Assembly (NCBI GenBank): GCA_012295275.1
Contig: CM022670.1
Span: 26,226,001 to 26,290,000, forward strand
Length of the DNA: 64,000 nt
DNA from: Chrysomallon squamiferum
Lineage: Eukaryota > Animalia > Mollusca
Reading direction: 5' to 3'
The position numbers and the translations under genes were made by a program. Below the pieces are notes generated by a model. It was not told the origin of the DNA, did not search any database, and saw nothing but the letters and a program-made list of their open reading frames with translations. Positions 56,314 through 64,000 of this stretch are shown in pieces (the first letter of the stretch is position 1; the number at the start of each line of letters is the position of its first letter).

Positions 56314-58108
56314 CGCAAGTCTGTATTATTTGTGAGTATAAATTGTGTTTTCTGTATACATACAGATAGAAGAAAAAATTTATTTTTCTTTCTCTTTTTG
56401 TTTGTATGTTTGCACGTATCTCTTTATTTGCGTGTGTGTGTGTGTGTGTTTGTGTGTCTTGTGCGTGTGTATGTGTTATGAGTATTTGTTTATAATTATT
56501 TGGGTGGGTTTGTTTTTACTGTTTTTATTACTGATGAATGTTGAAAATAGGTCTCATAGCTTCTAATATTGGTTTAATATTTTAATACGTCTACGTCAGC
56601 CAGACGAAGCAGTTTGGCCAATATCAGCAAGCAGAAGCAAATAATGTTATAAAATGTTTCATTACAGTAAATTACAAATTACATCATTACAGTATAACAA
56701 TGAAGTCTGTTAAATCGATTTCCAGTTCAAGAAAAAATAGTGTAAAATTTGGAAGATTTTCCCCTCAGAGAACAGAAATAAGTTTTGCACTGTTGATAAT
56801 AATTCTTACTTCACAGGGTTCCAGAAAATAGCAGTACAATATGATCGAGATATTTATTATTTATTTCAATTCCAGGGGGTATGATAGCTTAGAATATGCA
56901 AACAGAAAAGAAATGTATAATAATTTCGAGATTAAAATCTCATGGCATTAAAAATAATTTGTTTGTTCACTTATAAAACACCATAATCATATATAAAGTA
57001 AGCCAAATTCAAAAGCACCGCGGAATGAGTAAATGTTTTGCAGTACACAGGTTAAGAATATAAAGTTTTGTCATGGCTTCTTTTGTTAGAGGTAATTTTT
57101 CTTCTTTTTTTTCTTTCTGTATCAAATGTTTGAATCGTTGTAAACTATACTGACAATTAAAGCCATAGATCTAGATTTTAAATAAATAAATGAATTTAAT
57201 TAAATTCAACAAATTTTATTATTTTTATTACGTGTCAGATTCATGTTTATTGACTAATAAACAGTTTTTTTTTCTGCTCTACGGCTTACTATTTTTCAAC
57301 TGATAACAAAGGAAATGTTTATACCTTTTTTTAACATACACAAGAAATCTCAGAAGACGTGTTTTGATAGATCAGTTGTGAGTGGGGCAGTATTTGGAAC
57401 GGGAGATAGAAAATCTTATATCCAAAATTCAGCCATCTTCGTTTTTTATCTCGCTTTGTTATGGTTTAAAACGTTGATGCCTTCATGTCAAAGTATAAAC
57501 TGTAATAATATTTACTTCGATAATAAAAAGACAAAAACGTGAAGGTAAAATGTAGTAAGAAAAAACCAGGTAATTGGACGAGCCGGTTCCTCGCGTTATC
57601 TTGTCTTATTTAGTTACTTCTGACAAGGATGTTGACTTAAGAAATGAAGAGCTTCTTTAACTCTCGTTACGTTTCATCACACTGATCTGAAACGTCTGCA
57701 GTGTTTAATTTGTGGACAATGTGCAATTTTACATCGCTCATCGTTGGGGCGGTCGTGAGCTAGAATGATATGGTTAAATAAAAAACAGAAATGACTGCTG
57801 CCAATTACGGCTTAGTTCCGATGTGAACAGTCAGACTGGAATTCTGTGTAAGACGGTGTATGCTGGGATGTTGCGGGAATTCCTTATGCCAACGCCAATT
57901 GAGACACAGGCCAGAACCCCTGCCAAAACGGGCGTTTTGAAACTACACGGAAATGAGTCAGTTATTAATTACACTGGCTGAAATGAAAAGGTTTAACATA
58001 CGAATGCTGAAATTTAATGCTGTAGTAGATAGAGTACGAAACAATGAAAAAATAAGAACGCTTACAAAAAATAAAATAAAATAAAATAAATAAATGAATA
58101 AATGAATA

Positions 58109-58163
<55 letters not shown>

Positions 58164-58791
58164 TAGATGATACAGATAAAAATAAAAACGAAAAAATCAA
58201 AAAATATAAAAAATATAAACAGAAACAACAACAAATTAATAAAAATAAATAAATAAAAAAAAGAAAATTCCACAATTATAATAAGAAAATAAGAAAAAAA
58301 AGAAAAACAAGAAAAAAAAAAAAAAAAAAAAAGAAAAATAAAAATGTCGTGAGACATACATATTGTGTACCAGTGTATTTACAAACTAATTTGATAAATA
58401 TTCACATATATAATTTTTAATAGGCTTGCTCCCCAAATCAATAATTCTAACCCAAATTTCCACTAGAGAAAGACATTTCTAAATTACGATAGTCTAGGGT
58501 CTTGATACCTATTAACAGATTCACAAAACACATTACAGAACCGTATTATAATGTCGGAGTTATGCATTAGGAGTTCGTTTGTAAAAACTAATAGGAACAT
58601 AAAAATGTAATCAAAACAACCGAATTAATTTTCCCACGGAATAGTTAATACAGAGTTCAACGAAAAAGTGTGTTTTGCTGAGAGTGGTCAGCAAGAACCA
58701 GGTTAATTTGTTTAATATTAAGAAGTTCATTAATTTATAGTTAAACTACATAATGTATATAATATACATCATATAGGCCTATATATAAATA

Positions 58792-58909
58792 TAAAATATC
58801 CAAGAATATTTACGCCAAGAAAGAACGCATGCCATGTCAAAACATTACAGCCTGGGACATTTAAAGCTTTGTTAATAATCCTCAGTTTTGAGATTTGATT
58901 TTAAGAACC

Positions 58910-58940
<31 letters not shown>

Positions 58941-60318
58941 ATAGATGTATGGATAGATAGGCAGACAGATAGACAGATAGATGGCCAGTTAACATGACAA
59001 GGTAGTATGTTTCTTTGATCAACTATAGCTTCATAAAGATACATTAAAACTGCATTGTTTGATGTTAAAGTCTGTGCTGATATGAAACAAATGTGAAGTC
59101 AGAGGAATACCCACGCCTGCACTGAATCTACACTGATATGGATCAAGAAAGAAACTTTGAAAACCAAAAATTAATAAAATAAAAACAAGAACTGTTTATT
59201 ATAATCATTACTATGTGAGAAACCAAAAAGTAAAGAAATATGCATACAAAAATTCCTGAGCACAAAAATACAAAAATAAAAATAAATATAAAAATAAAAA
59301 TGAGAAACAAAAAAGAAAATGTATTATAAGAAAAGTAGATTTTAAGTGTGTACGTATGTATGTATGTATGTACGTATGTATGTATGTATGTATGTATGTA
59401 TGTATGTATGTATGTATGTATGTATGTATGTATGTATGTATGTATGTATGTATGTATGTATGTATGTATGTATGTATGTATGTATGTATGTATGTATGTA
59501 TGAGTGTGTGATTGTGTGTGTTTGTGGACGTCTGTCAGCGTCACTCACTTTCACAGTATCTTGTTCTCTCCTAACCCTTTTTAATCACTAATTCTGTTTG
59601 TAAAAGAATTCATCCTTGTGCTTTGCTGCACCGTGTACAAAGACAGATATTTATGGTGAACTCCCCCGCAGACAACAGCAATCGAAGGCTGAAATACTAA
59701 GACGGTAAAATTCCGTTTGCGGAGGACAGCAACGAAGGTCGTCCCATAATAATAATAATAATAAAATTCCAACCCACGCAGAATGCAATTATATCTGAAG
59801 CGTAGGAGGAATCTGCATTGATAAGCTTATGTTGTCAGCGACAGCAGATCAAAGACGGGAAGACTGCAAAATCCTGCACAAATGTTTTCTTCCTCTTGGA
59901 AACAAACTAGAACACTTTTGAAAAAGAAGATTTACTTCAGATTCTAACCAACAGAGAAAATTCCAAAAATTGATACAATTCTGTTCAAATGATGATCATT
60001 CTGTTTATTTTCCGAAAATTGGAAATATCTAAAAATTAATGATGGAATGTTCTTTTTGTTTCTGGTCGCAGACAAAAAAATAAAAAATAAATGATGATGT
60101 GGCTTTCTGAAAATGAACTCTGGAATCTGTGTAAAACATTGAACGGAATATCGAAGATTTTCATTGTGTTATTAACTTTCTAACAACCTAAAGATATGTT
60201 CTTAAAATGAAATTTCAAAACTAAGGATTATTCATTCACAAAACGTCAACTGTCCCAGGCTGTAATGTTCTAAGATCGTCTGCGTTCTTTCTTGGTGACA
60301 ATATTCTTGGATATTTTA
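58792..60318. repeat. Inverted repeat pair, arms 58792-58908 and 60198-60318
   Basis: 58792-58859 matches the reverse complement of 60251-60318 at 59 of 68 positions without gaps. Similarity continues inward (aataatcctcagttttgagatttgattttaagaac vs aataatccttagttttgaaatttcattttaagaac). Confidence 0.9.
59354..59502. repeat. (GTAT)n tetranucleotide microsatellite
   Basis: Near-perfect run lying between the arms of the inverted repeat. Confidence 0.95.
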
Positions 60319-62775
60319 AACCTGCAGTTTCAGCTCTAACTGTTTCATGTTCACATTTATAAAGTGAAAGCAGAATGATGTGAAAAAGCAAAAAAATGTG
60401 TTGAATTAAAGGACAGTTTTTGTCTTGGATTACAAATTCATATTCATGTTGATACTGGATAATGTAACAGATAAAAAGGAAGGTGCAAATTATTAAAAAT
60501 ATGTGATTATATCTTTATAAAACTACTGAACCACTTGGCAGTATTCAGTGAATACTAATTTTTATTTCAGTATTGAAAATGTGAAAATATTTGCGGCCGT
60601 TGGTAGGACTCTACGGTACAGCTTTCGTTCACTACAGAAATAATGAATAAACATTTAAACATTTATTCGTAATCTCGTTTTAAAGCAAAAATTCAGTCTT
60701 ACCATTAAAATATATATATATATATAAAAGCTGCAATATAAGGACCAATCATAATTATTTCCGTGATTTTTCAAAGCGTTTATCTAGTCAGTTTTGAAAT
60801 AAATCAAAAAATGTCACTGAAAGTTATCTAGATTAAAGGTGTCTAAATGACACAAAGCTAGGCAATATAGTGTGAATAAGAATCATTTTTGTCACCCTCA
60901 CTGACGATAGGAAATTAAATTGAAAAATTAAATAATGAAAACCAACAAGTGATTTATGCGAAAAGAATGTCCATGTATTATTATTCTGATCCTTTTTAAC
61001 TTTTAACCTAACAAAAATTGACCTTTGGTAACGTAATTTAACTTAATGAATTCGGATTCAAATACTCTTCTCATATCAGATGCCAAAATTATTTCAATGA
61101 ACATGCCAATATTTTATTTAAATAACACTTACTGGGTAAAATAATAATAAAAAAAAAGAAAGAAAGAAAGAAAGAAAGAAAAATAAAAATAAAATATATA
61201 TAATTAATTTTATAAATATATTTTGAGTAACAAAAACGGTTTCAGATTTTAAAAAATCTATTTACAGTCATGCTTATAATCGTATCTTCAATATAAAAAA
61301 AGTATTAAAAATAAAAATAAAATAAAATAAAACAGAAATAAGAAAGGTCCTACACTTCAATGATATATAAAGTTAATAATAAAAATCACATTAAACTTCA
61401 AACAGAACGAGAAAACAAAACCCCTGACGCTTTACTCGGTAATTTAATAAACAGGACATTTAATAAACAGGACATGATAATAGTTAGCGTCGTCAAAGGG
61501 CATGTTATCAAAACATTAACGTCCATTACCGTTGTTTATTTTGGCTTGCAGGACGGACAAACAGATTTACAGACACAATGAATTACATGTAAGTGGAGAA
61601 CCCCTTGCTAACTTGCCGGGCATGGTGTCATTTTAATTGACCGGTTTCACGTGGCTACATAACACCATGCTGGGAACCAGTCCAGTACCGGCTAGACTGG
61701 TAATCGCTGGACATTTCTCTCACAGCATGCGTTATGGATTTCGTGTAGACTGGTTACGTAACGTTGCATCTTAGAACATTAAAACTCTTTGCTTCGCATA
61801 ACATTTAATTCACATTATTTACACGGGATCTAAATAAACTTGTGAACAAAAACATTACCTGGTCTTTAATTCAGTTAAGTTGTAAAAGACGCAACAATAC
61901 TGTCTGTAAACAAGATAAATAACACTTGCGTTGTCTAATTTTCATGAGTGAATTTATTGTTATAGTTTAATCAACATAACTATTTTATTATAAATGACAT
62001 TTTAATTTCATTCTTAAATTTAAGAAATACATTTGTTTCTGTTTTTCAAAAATACATTGGTAAAATGTAATTTCTTTTACATATTACTGAACAATTTAGA
62101 TTACTATTACTACAGCTATTATTATTATTATCATTCCCACTATTACTATCTAAGCTGAATTTAACTTTACAGTTCATCAGTATGTCTTATATTTCTATTA
62201 CAGTAAGAATAGAAACATTACATGGATGAATTTCCAGTCCTCTCTCGCATTAGTAATAAATACAAACAGGAATATGTCAACGACTACTTAACATTATGTT
62301 GGTTAAGAAAACTGATTTTATTTCTGTAAATTGCCCGAGGATTTCAGACATTACTATTAATGTCATTGATTTAATATTATCATCAGTTTTCTATGTTTTA
62401 TGTTTTAAAAATGTTAAAATTAAACTATTGAGAGGAAATTACTACTACTAACTACTACTATTACTACTATTACTGCTACTATTACTACTACTACTACAAG
62501 TACTACTACTACTACTTCTCATAATAATAATAATAATAATAAATCTTTGTATCGAAATGTTTCACGGAGTTGTGCAAAATAATTCTAAAAAACGAAATGG
62601 AAAAAAGAAAGAAAAATTTAAATATTCACTTACATCTTTTAATATTTCAGACTTTTTACGTTTTTATGATCATCTAAGAACATAATACAATCACAGTCCC
62701 TACTAGTAGTAGTAATAGCAGTAGTACTGTTATTACTATTACTACTTGTACCAGTACTTCGAGGACTAATTATAA

Positions 62776-62814
<39 letters not shown>

Positions 62815-63148
62815 AACAAATAAAATTTAAAAAAAAAAAAAAAAAAAAGAATTATCGGAACTCGCAAAAATAGTTTGAATTCCGAAGGATTCGGTTTTTA
62901 AATTTAATACTTGGTTACACTCGAGCCGCATTAAACTATGATAGTTTAATAGGATTCATGCGAAAGTTCTACTTGCATTAAACAGTGATTGGTCACATCT
63001 GGTTAATGGATAACTTACATCTTGGCTGTGTTGGTGTAATGAACATTACTGTCTTTGTTATCTAGATAAAAAGTGTGATAACATATTTTGAAATTAGTAT
63101 GTTAAAAAAAATTTATTTATTTATTTTTTATTATTAATATTAATATTA

Positions 63149-63205
<57 letters not shown>

Positions 63206-64000
63206 TTCTTCTCTTTTTAACATCAGTAAATTCAGATACTTTGCTTCAAGTATAAAAAAAAATCGAACATCTAAATAGACACATGTATGCATAAACATAA
63301 TACACACAGTGTATAAAACATGAACACGCACAGTGTAATACATATTATAATACATACACACGACCGCACAGACAAACTCAAAAAAAACAAGCACAAAAAC
63401 ACGCGAGCATACACACACCAAAATTTTATTTTATTTTCATTTTTTTTTTTTTTAACAGGAATTGCTAAATGAAGTAATAATTAATCACGGTCCAGGGGAA
63501 AGGTGAATATTAATTCTGATTCTATCAGCGGATGATTAAATTATGGAACAAAACACCCCAAAACAGTTCTTTTATCTCCTGGGCAAATGGAAGCGAGCTG
63601 ACAGACATGAATTACCTTCGACAGAATGTCAACAAAAAGGTTCGCCAGATTAATGCAGAGTGCCAGCGCGAACAAATGGACCACGAAATAACTGCAGCGA
63701 AGTACGTGCTAAAAAGATGTATTAAAATGATAGGCAGAGATAAGTGACAGGGTGCTGACAGGTAGAGCGCTATTGTAATAGATGCAAGCATTAATATCCG
63801 GCCGAGGAATGCGCCAAACACTCGGCCAGAAAATTAAGTAAAGCAGACGTCACGAGCAGACGACTGCGTAAGAGTGCCAGACGGCTTGCAAACATTCTTA
63901 AAGAGTATACGTCCAGTTGGCCAGATGAAAACAGTGAATCGCAAAGCAAGAGGAGAAAACCGTTGTGAGATGTTTGAGTTAAAAGTAAAATAGTTTATTT

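Noticed and set aside
57876-57890. GIPYA peptide, the motif expected in the missing first esterase exon
   Set aside because: It reads on the + strand, opposite to the gene, is followed by NAN and a stop, and lacks the PP.G..RF continuation. Treated as coincidence.
62701-62750. Near-perfect palindrome
   Set aside because: Formed by head-to-head (TAG)n/(CTA)n low-complexity tracts, which is expected in this microsatellite-rich DNA.

Overview
AT-rich, microsatellite-rich genomic DNA from an intron-containing eukaryote. The composition and gene content suggest an invertebrate metazoan, possibly a mollusc or other lophotrochozoan (inference only). Two convergent protein-coding genes can be rebuilt exon by exon with GT-AG boundaries and consistent phases. 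(1) RPAP2/Rtr1, the RNA polymerase II CTD phosphatase and import factor, on +, with 9 coding exons at 1042-7744. It contains a 10 x 30-nt coding minisatellite and an apparent 1-nt frameshift in exon 5 near 5151-5186. (2) A type-B carboxylesterase/neuroligin-like type I membrane protein on -, with 10 visible coding exons from 42745 down to 13825 (558 aa visible). I found no signal-peptide exon in the window, so it probably lies beyond 64000. This protein keeps a full Ser-Glu-His triad and has a transmembrane helix and a 22-aa tail with two CaMKII-like motifs and a class I PDZ-binding end. The rest is intron and UTR with microsatellites, degenerate minisatellites, a ~120-bp inverted repeat pair and several candidate enhancer motif clusters. 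Most supplied ORFs are spurious. I see no CRISPR, rRNA, tRNA or intact transposon, and no clearly new multi-gene system. The best leads are the catalytically intact neuroligin-like receptor, the RPAP2 frameshift and a sharp CpG boundary between the genes.
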